From Planctomycetaceae bacterium (GTDB taxonomy: Bacteria > Planctomycetota > Planctomycetia > Planctomycetales > Planctomycetaceae), in assembly GCA_046349715.1 (NCBI GenBank), contig JAXMBR010000013.1, positions 13,906 to 77,905 on the forward strand: 64,000 bases of DNA. The letters are read 5' to 3'. The notes beneath the pieces were generated by a model that ran no database searches, was not told the DNA's origin, and saw only the letters and a list, made by a program, of their open reading frames with translations. Both the position numbers and the translations under genes were made by a program. Shown one piece after another: positions 11,009-20,469 of the stretch. The stretch's first letter is position 1. Every line of letters begins with the position of its first letter.

Positions 11009-11700
11009 CTACGCACAGCGGTCGGATCCATCCGCCAGCGTCACCAGCCGGTTCCAGGCGTCGTAGGTGGCGGTGTAGGACGAACCAGGATCGGCCGGCT
11101 GGAGCAGCGTCGTCATGTTGCCGTTGGGATAATAGACTGGCTGCGCCCAGGCCGAGCCGACCGAATTCGCGATGCCGGTGATCTCATTGACCGGGTTCGC
11201 CGTGCGGGATTGGACCAGGTCCCAATTCCCGTCGCCGTTGTCGTCTTCCCGGAACCCTTGCCAGTTGCCGGTCGCGTCCAGCGTCCAGCACTGGGCGAAG
11301 GTTTCCGAGGTCAGACCAGTGTTGGAACCATTCAGCGTTCCGCGAGCCATGTTTTTCAGGCGCTCGATGGCGTCGTAATTGTAAAGCTCGTCGAACTTCG
11401 CGCCGGCCGCCGTGGCCACGGTGTTGTTTCGCCACAGGCGACTTCCCGCGCGGTCATAGCCGTACTGGATCCGATCGGCATCCGTGCTATTGCCGTAATT
11501 GTACCAGCGGTTGTCTTTGATCCGATCAAACCGATCCCAGCCGGAGTAGATGTCGCCCGTGTCAGGGTCGTTCACGCCGGAAAGATCGGCTAACGTCCAC
11601 TTGATGTCGGGCTGCTGGTAATCGTCGACGACGAAATCTTCATCCCTGACCTGCCCCCTCATACCGAGTCCAGGTGCTGAGTGATAAACTGCGGCACTTT
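11009..11700 (-). pseudogene. RHS/YD-repeat protein fragment, truncated at both ends
   Basis: Repeated YD motifs in ORF 11009..11662: IQYGYDRAGSRLW, YNYDAIERL, YTATYDAWNRLVTL. The upstream piece PQFITQHLDSV (11663..11700) is in another frame. There is no N-terminal domain and no toxin tip. Confidence 0.55.
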
Positions 11701-13045
11701 GGGCGTTATCGAGGAGAGGGCAAGATGCCGAGGAAGCGATTTGGGCTGGCCCAAGCAGCCTCGTGGTCCAGACGCGGCGTCGTCGCTGGAAGCCTTGGAG
11801 TCGGTCGGCAGGGATGATGAATTCGACGAATCCCAGCTTTACAAGAGGTGAATCAGTCTCCGACGGCGGCGGGTTCGGAATTATAAGATATGTGCGCTCG
11901 GGCTGGTGAGTCAGATTTTTCCAATGTGCTGAGCGGATTTGTACGGACGTTGAAACTCGAGGTCAGGAGATGAGCATGAAACGCCTCGCCGTCGTGGCCG
12001 TTTTTGCGATCCTCTTTTTCAACGATCTGGCGTGGGCGCAGCAATCAGGCTTTTGGAAGTCTGTAGCGCAGATACCACGTGACTTCGCGCAACTGTCAGG
12101 TGATGAGAACAGCATACCTCTTACCAAAAAATAGCAAGCGGGAGCTCAGGAAGTCAAATGGATTGCTAACGAAAGCGTGTGCATCAGTAAGCTGCTCGAG
12201 TATCTGCAACAGGAGTGGCCTGCCGCTCGTTTTCCACAGCCTTTGAATCGTCGAGCACATCGGATTGGCCGGACATCATTGACACAAATCACGGCCAATT
12301 CTCCGGTGGCCGCATGAATCGAGATCGTGGCGGGAAAACCAAATGTTTGACCCCTGTATTCAACGGCCCGGCAAGCAAGGTGGGCCCTGACGGCAAATTG
12401 CGACTGCCGTTGAATGGCGTGCGCAAAAAAATCCTCCGGTTCAGCAGCGTCCTGAGTCCAAAGCTTTTTTCCAGCTGATCACCGATTGCCAAGAAGACCT
12501 GCTGCGTGCCAAGGCGTTTGTCGTCAGCCAGGAAGATATGCTGGAACCCGTAGATCGACTGCATGCTGAAGAAGCGAGTTCGCTGTCGGACGAGGAACAG
12601 AGTTTGTTCCAAGTGAAGATCATAGATTCTGGAAAAATTCACCGGAACTAAGCTCGGAATTCCCTCTGTTGCCGACACGCCGCACGCGGAGGAATTGGCA
12701 GCAATGGAAGGCGGCAGGCCGATTTACGATGTAGAAGAGATGCTCTATCTGAACATGTCAGGTTGACGAAGTTTTCGTTCCAAATTCTTGTCAAATGTAA
12801 GGTTGCGAACCAAGAGCCTCGCGGCCGCTCGATGGGAGTCGACTTCGTCTTGAAGTCGTGGATCGAAGGGCTGAGGTTTTGGACGCGCACCGTCGATGGT
12901 GAAACGCCAAGGGACTCTGCGGTTCAGGGCCATTCCTCGTGGCCCGGAGATTCCGCAAAGTTGATACAACTGGACCGTCGCGCGGACTAAAATCGGGCAG
13001 GCACTTTACGGTTCCCTCTCGGGGTTGGTATCCTAAAAGCGGACG
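11701..13045. other. Coding-poor spacer of patchy GC with only broken ORFs
   Basis: No ORF is longer than 129 aa and all overlap one another. Sampled 60-nt lines range from about 38% to 57% GC. A 52-54 codon ORF (ATG at 11970 or 11976, to 12134) encodes a signal-peptide-like start MKRLAVVAVFAILFFNDLAWA, and peptide-like text continues in other frames. Confidence 0.4.
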
Positions 13046-13096
13046 TTGATGCGTTGCGGCGTTCTCCGCGTATCTCTCCCGCCCTGCGAGCCTGCC

Positions 13097-14494
13097 ATGT
13101 TTGCTCTCCGTTATTTGCGGATTTGCGGTTGTCTGTTGAGCGTGGCGTTCGCCAATTCCGCGCTCGCCGCCGAGGAGGAAAAACCGGTCAGCTACTACCG
13201 CCAGATCCGGCCCATTCTACAGCGGCACTGTTCCGGTTGTCATCAACCGGCCAAGGCCGGCGGAAATCTGCTACTCACGGGATTTGCTGAATTTCAAAAG
13301 GGAGGCGAAAACGGGCCGGGGTTTGTCGCCACGAAGCCCGCGGAAAGTCTGATCGTGCAGTACATTTCCGGCGAGAAGCCGGAGATGCCGCTCAACAGCG
13401 AACCGCTGAAACCCGAGCAGGTCGCGCTGATCTCAAAGTGGATTGAGCAAGGCGCCCAGGACGATTCCCCCGCGTCGGCACGCGACGACATCTCTCCCTC
13501 GAATCCGCCGGTGTACCGCGCGCCACCGGTGATTACGTCGCTGGCGTACTCTCCCGAAAGCCGGCAGCTTGCCGTCACGGGCTATCATGAAATTCTGTTG
13601 CACCATGCGGATGGCAGCGGCCTGATTGCCCGGTTGGTCGGCCGTGCGCCGAAGATCACGTCGCTCAGCTTCGCTCCCAACGGTCAATTCCTGGCGGCGA
13701 CGGGCGGCGCGCCGGCCCTCTTTGGTGAACTGCAAATCTGGGACGCCGCCAAGCACGAACTGTTGCGTTCCGCCACCATTTCCTTCGACACGCTGTTTGG
13801 AATCTCGATCAGCGATGACAGTCAACTGGTGGCGTTCGGCAGTTTTGACAACAAGGCCCGCGTCGTGCAATCGTCCGATTTGAAGCCGGTGTCGCAGATG
13901 GACGCCCATTCCGACATGGTGTTCGCGACGACGTTTTCGCTCAAGAACGACCACCTCATCAGCGTCAGCCGCGACATGTCGATGAAACTGACGGAAATCA
14001 AGACATCGCAGTTCATCGACAACATCACCAGCATCACGCCGGGGGCGCTCAAAGGGGGCCTGATGGCGATTCAGCGGCATCCGAAAGAGGAGCAAGTGCT
14101 GGCAGGGGGATCGGACGGCGAACCGAAGCTCTACAAAATCTTCCGTACGCAGGCCCGCCAGATCGGCGACGATTTCAACAAGATTCGCGGCTTTCAGGCG
14201 CTGCCAGGGCGGATTTTCAGCCTGCAATTCAATGCCGACGGGAGCCAGTTTGTCGTGGGCGCCAGCAACGCGACGAGCGGTTCGGCTCGCATATACCAAA
14301 CAGACGACGGGAAATTGTTGCACGAGTTGAATGGCCATCCAGGGGGCGTCTTCGCGGTGGCGTTTCGGCCGGATGGAAAACAAGTGGCGACCGGCGGGAT
14401 GGATGGCGAGGTCCGACTGTTCGACGTTTCCACCGGTGCGCTCGTGAAACAATTTCTGCCGGTGACGATCTCGCCAGCGGTGGCGGCAAAGTAA
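13097..14494 (+). CDS. PSCyt1 (planctomycete cytochrome c) domain + WD40 beta-propeller protein
   Basis: VSYYRQIRPILQRHCSGCHQPAKAGGNLLLTGF, followed by WD40-like repeats (HSDMVFATTFS..., GHPGGVFAVAFRPDGKQVATGGMDGEVRLFD). The ATG at 13097 gives signal peptide MFALRYLRICGCLLSVAFANSALA. Confidence 0.85.
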   Translation: MFALRYLRICGCLLSVAFANSALAAEEEKPVSYYRQIRPILQRHCSGCHQPAKAGGNLLLTGFAEFQKGGENGPGFVATKPAESLIVQYISGEKPEMPLNSEPLKPEQVALISKWIEQGAQDDSPASARDDISPSNPPVYRAPPVITSLAYSPESRQLAVTGYHEILLHHADGSGLIARLVGRAPKITSLSFAPNGQFLAATGGAPALFGELQIWDAAKHELLRSATISFDTLFGISISDDSQLVAFGSFDNKARVVQSSDLKPVSQMDAHSDMVFATTFSLKNDHLISVSRDMSMKLTEIKTSQFIDNITSITPGALKGGLMAIQRHPKEEQVLAGGSDGEPKLYKIFRTQARQIGDDFNKIRGFQALPGRIFSLQFNADGSQFVVGASNATSGSARIYQTDDGKLLHELNGHPGGVFAVAFRPDGKQVATGGMDGEVRLFDVSTGALVKQFLPVTISPAVAAK

Positions 14495-14532
14495 CTTTTG
14501 GAATTTCAGATTTCGCATTTGAGATTCAGAGG

Positions 14533-16980
14533 ATGTTATCCATGCGAGCTGTGATAGCGATGTTGATGATGGCCGGCATCCTGGGATGGTCGGTTTCGGC
14601 GCCAGGAGACGAATCCGGCGCACCGGCGATTGCCAAGCTGCAAACGATTCCTGAGAAGCTGGTTCTCAGTCAGTTGCGGGACGCGCGGAGCATCCTCGTC
14701 CAGGGAGTGACCGCGCAGGGCGACGTAATTGATCTGACATCGGAAGCCCAGCGCATTGCCGAAGGGGCTCAGATCACGATTGATCAGGACGGATATGTCG
14801 CTCCCGTCGCGACGGGGGCCGCCCAGGTGCTGATTCAGGCGCGGGGATTGGAGATTCGCGTGCCCGTAGAGGTGCAGGACGTCGCCATGAAACCGGTCGA
14901 TTTCATTCGGGACGTAGAGCCGTTCTTGAGCAAGACCGGTTGCAGCCAGGGAACCTGCCATGGCGGGCAGCAAGGAAAAAAGGGATTCAAGCTGTCGCTG
15001 CGAGGATATGACCCGATTTATGACTACCGGGCGCTCGTGGACGACGTATCGGGTCGCCGGTGCAACCGCGCCAAGCCCTCGGAAAGCCTGATGTTGCAGA
15101 AGCCGACGCAGGCGGTGCCGCACGAAGGCGGTTTTTTGTTCGACGAGGATTCGCGAGCGTACAAGATCCTGGAGCAATGGATTGCGGAAGGCTGCCGGTG
15201 GAGCGAGGCGACCCGGCCGGAGCGGTTGGAGATTCGTCCAGAGAGTCCGCTGATGGATCGCGCGGGCCAGACGCAGCAGTTGCAGGTCATTGCCTATTTT
15301 GCGGACGGGTCCAATCGCGACGTGACGCGCGAAGCCATTTTCGAAACGAGCAATTTTGAAGTAAACACCGTCTCCGGCGCGGGTCTGGTGAAGGCGGTCC
15401 GCCGGGGCGAAGCGGCGGTGCTGGTGAAGTATGAAGGTGTGTTTGCCAACACGCCGGTCACCGTGCTCGGCGTGCGGGAAGGTTATGCCTGGAAAGACTC
15501 CCCGGAAAACAACTTCATCGATACGCATGTCAATCAAAAGCTGAAACGACTGAAGATTTTGCCGTCGGGTTCGTGCACCGACGCGGAATTCCTGCGCCGC
15601 GTGGCGATCGACCTGACGGGATTGCCGCCATCGGCCGCCGAGGCGCGGGCGTTTCTCAGCGATCCTCGCGATTCTCAGACAAAGCGGCAAGCGAAAATCG
15701 ATGAATACCTCGAGTCACCGGGGTATGTCGATCATTGGACGCATAAATGGAGCGATTTGCTGCTTTCAAATCGCAAATTCATCAATGAAAAAGGGGTCTG
15801 GGCGTTTCGCAACTGGATTCGACAGGCGATCGCCGAGGACGTGCCCTACGATCAGTTTGTTTATGAATTGATGACGGCCTCCGGCAGCACGCTCGAGAAT
15901 CCGGCGGCGAATTACTATCGCATCGCCCGCGAACCGCGCGAAGTCATGGAAAATATGACGCAGGTCTTCCTGGGGACGCGATTTGTATGCGCCCAATGTC
16001 ATGATCATCCCTTCGAGCGCTGGACGCAGCAGAACTACTTCCAATTGTCCGCTTACTTCGGCGGTGTTGGCCGACGCGGCGGAAAAACCGGTGAAGAAGA
16101 AGTCATCTACGACCTGCGTTCTCCGCAGCCTGTCATTCATGCCGGCACCGGCCAGGCAACCCCGGCGAAGTTCCCGTTTGAAGTGACAGGTTTGGATGCG
16201 GCCCAGGATTCCCCTCGAACGCAACTGGCGAAATGGCTGACGTCGAAAGACAATCCTTATTTCGCCAAGAGCATGGCCAACCGGTATTGGAGTTACTTCT
16301 TCGGCAAAGGCATCATCGACCCGGTTGACGACATTCGGCTGAGCAATCCGGCGACGAATCCCGAACTGTTGACGGCGCTGACCGACGATTTCGTCGCGCA
16401 CGAATTCCGGACGAAGCACCTGATCCGCACGATCGTTTCGTCGGCGACCTATCAACGCACGTTCGAATCCAATTCGTTCAACGAAGATGATGATCTGCAT
16501 TACTCCCATGCCACGCCGCGACGGTTGACCGCCGAAACTCTCCTGGACGCGATCATGGTCGCGACGGGGGCGCCGGAAAATCTGCCGGGGGTTCCGGCCG
16601 GATTCCGGGCGTCCCAATTGCCCGATTCCTCCGTGCAGAATCCATTCCTGGATATGTTCGGCCGGGCGCCTCGGGAGTCGCCTTGCGAATGCGAACGATC
16701 ATCGGAAGTCAGTCTGGCTCAGACGCTGACGCTGATCAACGGTCCGACGATTTCCGATGCCATCGTGCATCCCCAGGGCCTGATTGCTCGTTTGATCCAG
16801 GAACAGGCGGATCCCCCCAAGGTGGTGAACGAACTCTATTTGGCAACCTTCTGCCGGCTGCCAACCGACACCGAGATGGCTCAAAGCCAGAAGTATCTGG
16901 GCGAATATGGCCTCCAGGAAGGTGCCCAGGATTTGATGTGGGCGCTGATCAACAGCCCGGCGTTTTTGTTCAATCGATAA
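14533..16980 (+). CDS. Ig-like (BIG2) + DUF1549 (PSCyt2) + DUF1553 (PSD1) protein
   Basis: GCSQGTCHGG, a BIG2-like segment LQVIAYFADGSNRDVTREAIFETSN, CAQCHDHPFERWTQQNYFQLSAYF, and the C-terminal DLMWALINSPAFLFNR. Confidence 0.9.
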   Translation: MLSMRAVIAMLMMAGILGWSVSAPGDESGAPAIAKLQTIPEKLVLSQLRDARSILVQGVTAQGDVIDLTSEAQRIAEGAQITIDQDGYVAPVATGAAQVLIQARGLEIRVPVEVQDVAMKPVDFIRDVEPFLSKTGCSQGTCHGGQQGKKGFKLSLRGYDPIYDYRALVDDVSGRRCNRAKPSESLMLQKPTQAVPHEGGFLFDEDSRAYKILEQWIAEGCRWSEATRPERLEIRPESPLMDRAGQTQQLQVIAYFADGSNRDVTREAIFETSNFEVNTVSGAGLVKAVRRGEAAVLVKYEGVFANTPVTVLGVREGYAWKDSPENNFIDTHVNQKLKRLKILPSGSCTDAEFLRRVAIDLTGLPPSAAEARAFLSDPRDSQTKRQAKIDEYLESPGYVDHWTHKWSDLLLSNRKFINEKGVWAFRNWIRQAIAEDVPYDQFVYELMTASGSTLENPAANYYRIAREPREVMENMTQVFLGTRFVCAQCHDHPFERWTQQNYFQLSAYFGGVGRRGGKTGEEEVIYDLRSPQPVIHAGTGQATPAKFPFEVTGLDAAQDSPRTQLAKWLTSKDNPYFAKSMANRYWSYFFGKGIIDPVDDIRLSNPATNPELLTALTDDFVAHEFRTKHLIRTIVSSATYQRTFESNSFNEDDDLHYSHATPRRLTAETLLDAIMVATGAPENLPGVPAGFRASQLPDSSVQNPFLDMFGRAPRESPCECERSSEVSLAQTLTLINGPTISDAIVHPQGLIARLIQEQADPPKVVNELYLATFCRLPTDTEMAQSQKYLGEYGLQEGAQDLMWALINSPAFLFNR

Positions 16981-17099
16981 AATTTTGTTGATGGATGGTT
17001 GCAATTTTCCGACAATCGCTTCAGATTGTGCAAATCCGGCCGAGATGGCAAATTAGAGTGCCTGGGATGTCTCGGCTTGGCCACTTACGGAGGGCTACG

Positions 17100-17279
17100 A
17101 TGGTTCGGAATGTCTTGTCGGCGGTCTGCAGCGCAGCAGGCCTGGCGTGCGTGGTGCTCAGTTTGGAAAATGTCGTGCTGGCAGTGCCGGCTCCGGAAAT
17201 TGATGCCGGTTCGGCCGTCACGGCGTTGAGCGTACTGGGCGCAGGATGGTTGATGCTGCGGGATCGCCTGAAGAAATAA
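17100..17279 (+). CDS. VPEID-CTERM sorting-signal mini-protein (signal peptide fused directly to the sorting signal)
   Basis: GGAGGG lies 6 nt before the ATG at 17100. Product: MVRNVLSAVCSAAGLACVVLSLENVVLA VPAPEID AGSAVTALSVLGAGWLML RDRLKK, i.e. motif + TM helix + basic tail. It sits immediately upstream of the exosortase fusion gene. Confidence 0.65.
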   Translation: MVRNVLSAVCSAAGLACVVLSLENVVLAVPAPEIDAGSAVTALSVLGAGWLMLRDRLKK

Positions 17280-17296
17280 GGTCGGTCGATTTCAGG

Positions 17297-17332
17297 CGCC
17301 GCCGAGAGATCACATCTCCCGGCGGTTTTTTT
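17297..17332 (+). terminator. Terminator-like hairpin plus T7 tract between the mini-protein and exosortase genes
   Basis: cgccgccgagagat-cac-atctcccggcgg (imperfect GC-rich stem), followed by ttttttt. Confidence 0.45.
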
Positions 17333-17362
17333 GTCTCTGTACCCTGCGAATGAGAACGGGCC

Positions 17363-18979
17363 ATGACGGCGGCGGCGATGGTTCGGCTGGGCCTGTTGAG
17401 CCTGTTGCTGGTCGGAGAAGTCCTGTGTCTGACGCTGGCATTTGACGCCAACGTGATCAGTCGGTCCGATCTCGGCAATTATCTGCTGTCTTACAGCCGC
17501 CTGGCGCCTCAGTGGGCGGCGGTGCTCGTGGGTGCCGTGTTGATTCAGCGCCAGATTCGCGTTCATCCCGCCTGGACTGCATGGCAATCCGCAGTTTCGC
17601 ACCATGAGCGCTGGCCAACCGCCCTCCTGGCGCACGGTCTGGCGTTTGCCGCGCTGTGGGCGTTGTCGCGGCAGATTTTCGTGGAACGTGCCGAAGTCTC
17701 CACCTGGGCCATGGGGGCCTGGTGGACGTTCGTGGCGATCACGGGATTGACCTGGCTGGCGGCGATCTCTCCCCTTTCCGCCTGGAGCCAGGCCGTACGC
17801 GAACAACGCTGGATACTCATCGCGGCAGCGGCAGCGGGGATCACGGCGATTACGCTCGGTTGGGCCGCCCAATTGTTGTGGCAGCCCCTCTCGTTTCTGA
17901 CGTTTCAGAGCACCGGTTGGTTGCTCGCCCCTTGGTTTAACGACATCGAAATGGATGCCGGCGCGCGCCTCATTCGCAGTCCCCGCTTCGAGGTGACCAT
18001 CGCTCCCGTCTGTTCGGGTTACGAGGGGATGGGACTGGCCTTCGTGTTTCTGGCGTTGTTCATCTGGAGTTTTCGAGATCAGCTGCGGTTTCCGCAAGCG
18101 CTGGCGATCATCCCCTGTGGCGTGGCGATCATCTGGCTGCTGAACTCCGTCCGGATCGCGACCCTGTTCGTGATCGGAGATCGCATTTCTCCGGCCCTCG
18201 CCGAAGGAGGCTTTCATTCTCAGGCAGGCTGGTTGGCGTTTTTGCTGGTGACGCTGGGTTCCGCCGGGCTCGCCCTCAAAATGCCGTGGCTGGCGCGATC
18301 GGCGGCAGATTCCTCGGCGACAGCAACGGCTCACGAAGTTTCCAACAACCGTTCGCCGAGCGTGGCATACCTGTTGCCATTTTTCGCCTTGATGCTCAGC
18401 TCGATGGTGCTGGCCGTCGTCACCGTGGACGTCGAGCGCGCTTACGCAGTCAAAGTGGTCGTCGTTGCCGCCGCGCTCTGGGGGTGCCGCTCCGCCTATG
18501 CGGTTCCGAAGCAAATCCCGGTCTGGCCGGCGGCGATCTGCGGCGTGATTGTGTTCCTGCTCTGGTTCATCATGGAGCAACCGGATGCCGAAGCCGGTCA
18601 TCGCCTGGCCCAATTCGTGCAGGGATTATCCCCCGGCGAACGGCGACTCTGGTTGTTGACCCGCGTCATCGGTACGGTCGTCACGGTGCCGATTGCCGAA
18701 GAATTGGCGTTTCGCGGCTATCTCATGCGGCGCATCATTGATCGAGATTTCGAACGCGTCCCCTGGGCGGACTGCGGCTGGCTGAGCCTGGGAGTTTCCT
18801 CGCTCCTGTTCGGACTGATGCACGATCGCTTTCTGCCCGGAGTTCTGGCGGGATTCGCTTACGGCTGGCTGGCACGAAGGACGGCCGGCGTGACGGCGCC
18901 GATCCTGGCTCATGGCTTGACCAACGGACTGATCGCCGGGGCGGTTCTCGCGGGCGATGCCTGGTGGCTTTGGACATGA
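17363..18979 (+). CDS. xrtE: Exosortase E fused to a CPBP (CAAX/Abi) intramembrane protease domain
   Basis: Exosortase motifs FEVTIAPVCSGYEGMGL, LNSVRIATLFV and GGFHSQAGWLAF. C-terminal CPBP motifs PIAEELAFRGYL, LLFGLMHD and APILAHGLTNG. Polytopic throughout. Confidence 0.8.
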   Translation: MTAAAMVRLGLLSLLLVGEVLCLTLAFDANVISRSDLGNYLLSYSRLAPQWAAVLVGAVLIQRQIRVHPAWTAWQSAVSHHERWPTALLAHGLAFAALWALSRQIFVERAEVSTWAMGAWWTFVAITGLTWLAAISPLSAWSQAVREQRWILIAAAAAGITAITLGWAAQLLWQPLSFLTFQSTGWLLAPWFNDIEMDAGARLIRSPRFEVTIAPVCSGYEGMGLAFVFLALFIWSFRDQLRFPQALAIIPCGVAIIWLLNSVRIATLFVIGDRISPALAEGGFHSQAGWLAFLLVTLGSAGLALKMPWLARSAADSSATATAHEVSNNRSPSVAYLLPFFALMLSSMVLAVVTVDVERAYAVKVVVVAAALWGCRSAYAVPKQIPVWPAAICGVIVFLLWFIMEQPDAEAGHRLAQFVQGLSPGERRLWLLTRVIGTVVTVPIAEELAFRGYLMRRIIDRDFERVPWADCGWLSLGVSSLLFGLMHDRFLPGVLAGFAYGWLARRTAGVTAPILAHGLTNGLIAGAVLAGDAWWLWT

Positions 18980-19166
18980 TCAACGGCCGCGGCGGATTCC
19001 GCGTTTGTCGAATGGTCGGTGCGCCGCGGATTTCAGCGGACCGAGCGCGTACCCTACACTCGGAAATCGGAATGGGGTATCGTGGCGGATTGACGGGTGC
19101 GCGACGTCCGGATGATCCGCCGTGCAAAGCCCCTCCCCTGAGATATTGTTCCCTCCAGGATGCCCC

Positions 19167-20468
19167 ATGAAAGTTCTCGTCATCGGCCAAGGCGGCCGCG
19201 AACATACCCTTGTCTGGAAGCTCAAACAGTCGCCGTCGGTGACGGAGGTCTATTGCGCGCCCGGAAACGCCGGGACCGGGCTCGATTGCAAGAATGTGGA
19301 CATCAGCGCCACCGATATTCCGCGACTTCTCAAGTTCGCACAAACGGAAAAAATTGATCTGACGGTGGTCGGCCCTGAGGCCCCGCTGGTCTTGGGAATT
19401 GTCGATGAATTTCTGAAGGCGGGATTGCGGGTCTTCGGGCCGTCGAAGAAAGCGGCGGAGCTGGAAGGCAGCAAGAAATTCTGCAAGGAGCTGATGAAAA
19501 AAGCGAACGTCCCATCCGCCGACTTTCGGGTCTTCACCAACGCCGCCGAAGCGATGAGTTACGTCGCCGAACGCGAAACAGAAGGCTTTGTCGTGAAAGC
19601 GGACGGACTCTGCGCGGGCAAAGGCGTGGTCGTCTGCTCATCCAAGGAGGAGGCGAACGAGGCCATCAGACGCATGCTGTTGCAGAAAGAATTCGGCGAA
19701 GCCTCGAATCGCATCCTGATCGAAGAAAAGCTGGAAGGCCAGGAAGCCAGCCTGTTGGCGATCGTCGATGGCCAAACGATTCTGCCGCTGGAGGCGGCGC
19801 AGGATCACAAGGCGGCGCATGACGGCGACACGGGACCGAACACCGGCGGCATGGGCTCTTACTCGCCGACTCCCGTGATGACTTCCGACCTGATCGACCT
19901 GGCGGTCGAAAAAATCCTGGTGCCGACGGTGCACGAGCTGCGCAAGGAAGGCCGGCCTTTTCGCGGCGTGCTCTATGCGGGACTGATGCTGACGCATCAG
20001 GGGCCGAAAGTGCTGGAATTCAATGTGCGATTCGGCGACCCCGAGACGCAAGCGATCTTGATGCGGTTGAAATCGGACCTGGGGCAGATTTTGTACGCCG
20101 CGGCCGAAGGCAAACTGGAAGACATTCCGCCGCTGGAGTGGGACCCGCGTCCGGCAGTGTGCGTCGTGATGGCGTCGGAAGGGTATCCAGGCGACTATGA
20201 AAAAGGGCGGCCGATCCGTGGCCTCGAAGAAGCGGCCAAGATCGCCGACGCCAAGGTGTTTCACGCCGGAACAATCAAAATGGGCGATCAGATTGTCAAC
20301 GACGGCGGACGCGTGCTGGGCGTGACGGCCCTCGGCGACGATCTGTCCCAGGCGAAACTGCGGGCGTATCAGGCGGTGAAATGCGTTCGCTGGGATGGCG
20401 CGTGGTGTCGAAAGGACATTTCCGACAAGGCGCAAAAGTATCTGGCCGAGCGTGAAGACGACGAATGA
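19167..20468 (+). CDS. purD: Phosphoribosylamine--glycine ligase
   Basis: MKVLVIGQGGREHTLVWKL..., ATP-grasp core, GDPETQ. Full length. Confidence 0.95.
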   Translation: MKVLVIGQGGREHTLVWKLKQSPSVTEVYCAPGNAGTGLDCKNVDISATDIPRLLKFAQTEKIDLTVVGPEAPLVLGIVDEFLKAGLRVFGPSKKAAELEGSKKFCKELMKKANVPSADFRVFTNAAEAMSYVAERETEGFVVKADGLCAGKGVVVCSSKEEANEAIRRMLLQKEFGEASNRILIEEKLEGQEASLLAIVDGQTILPLEAAQDHKAAHDGDTGPNTGGMGSYSPTPVMTSDLIDLAVEKILVPTVHELRKEGRPFRGVLYAGLMLTHQGPKVLEFNVRFGDPETQAILMRLKSDLGQILYAAAEGKLEDIPPLEWDPRPAVCVVMASEGYPGDYEKGRPIRGLEEAAKIADAKVFHAGTIKMGDQIVNDGGRVLGVTALGDDLSQAKLRAYQAVKCVRWDGAWCRKDISDKAQKYLAEREDDE

Positions 20469-20469
20469 A

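Noticed and set aside
17021-18613. 530-aa ORF on the minus strand
   Set aside because: It is antisense to the exosortase gene and R/G/P/Q-rich with no motifs. This is a typical open antisense frame in GC-rich coding DNA.
18985-19166. Possible ZTP (pfl) riboswitch upstream of purD, suggested by gggtatcgtggcgg...ccgccgtgcaa
   Set aside because: It only loosely resembles the GGGUCGUGACUGGCG / CCGCCUGGGC signature. The conserved GGUGGA..ACC.CGGG element is missing and the spacing is too short. A covariance-model scan would settle it.
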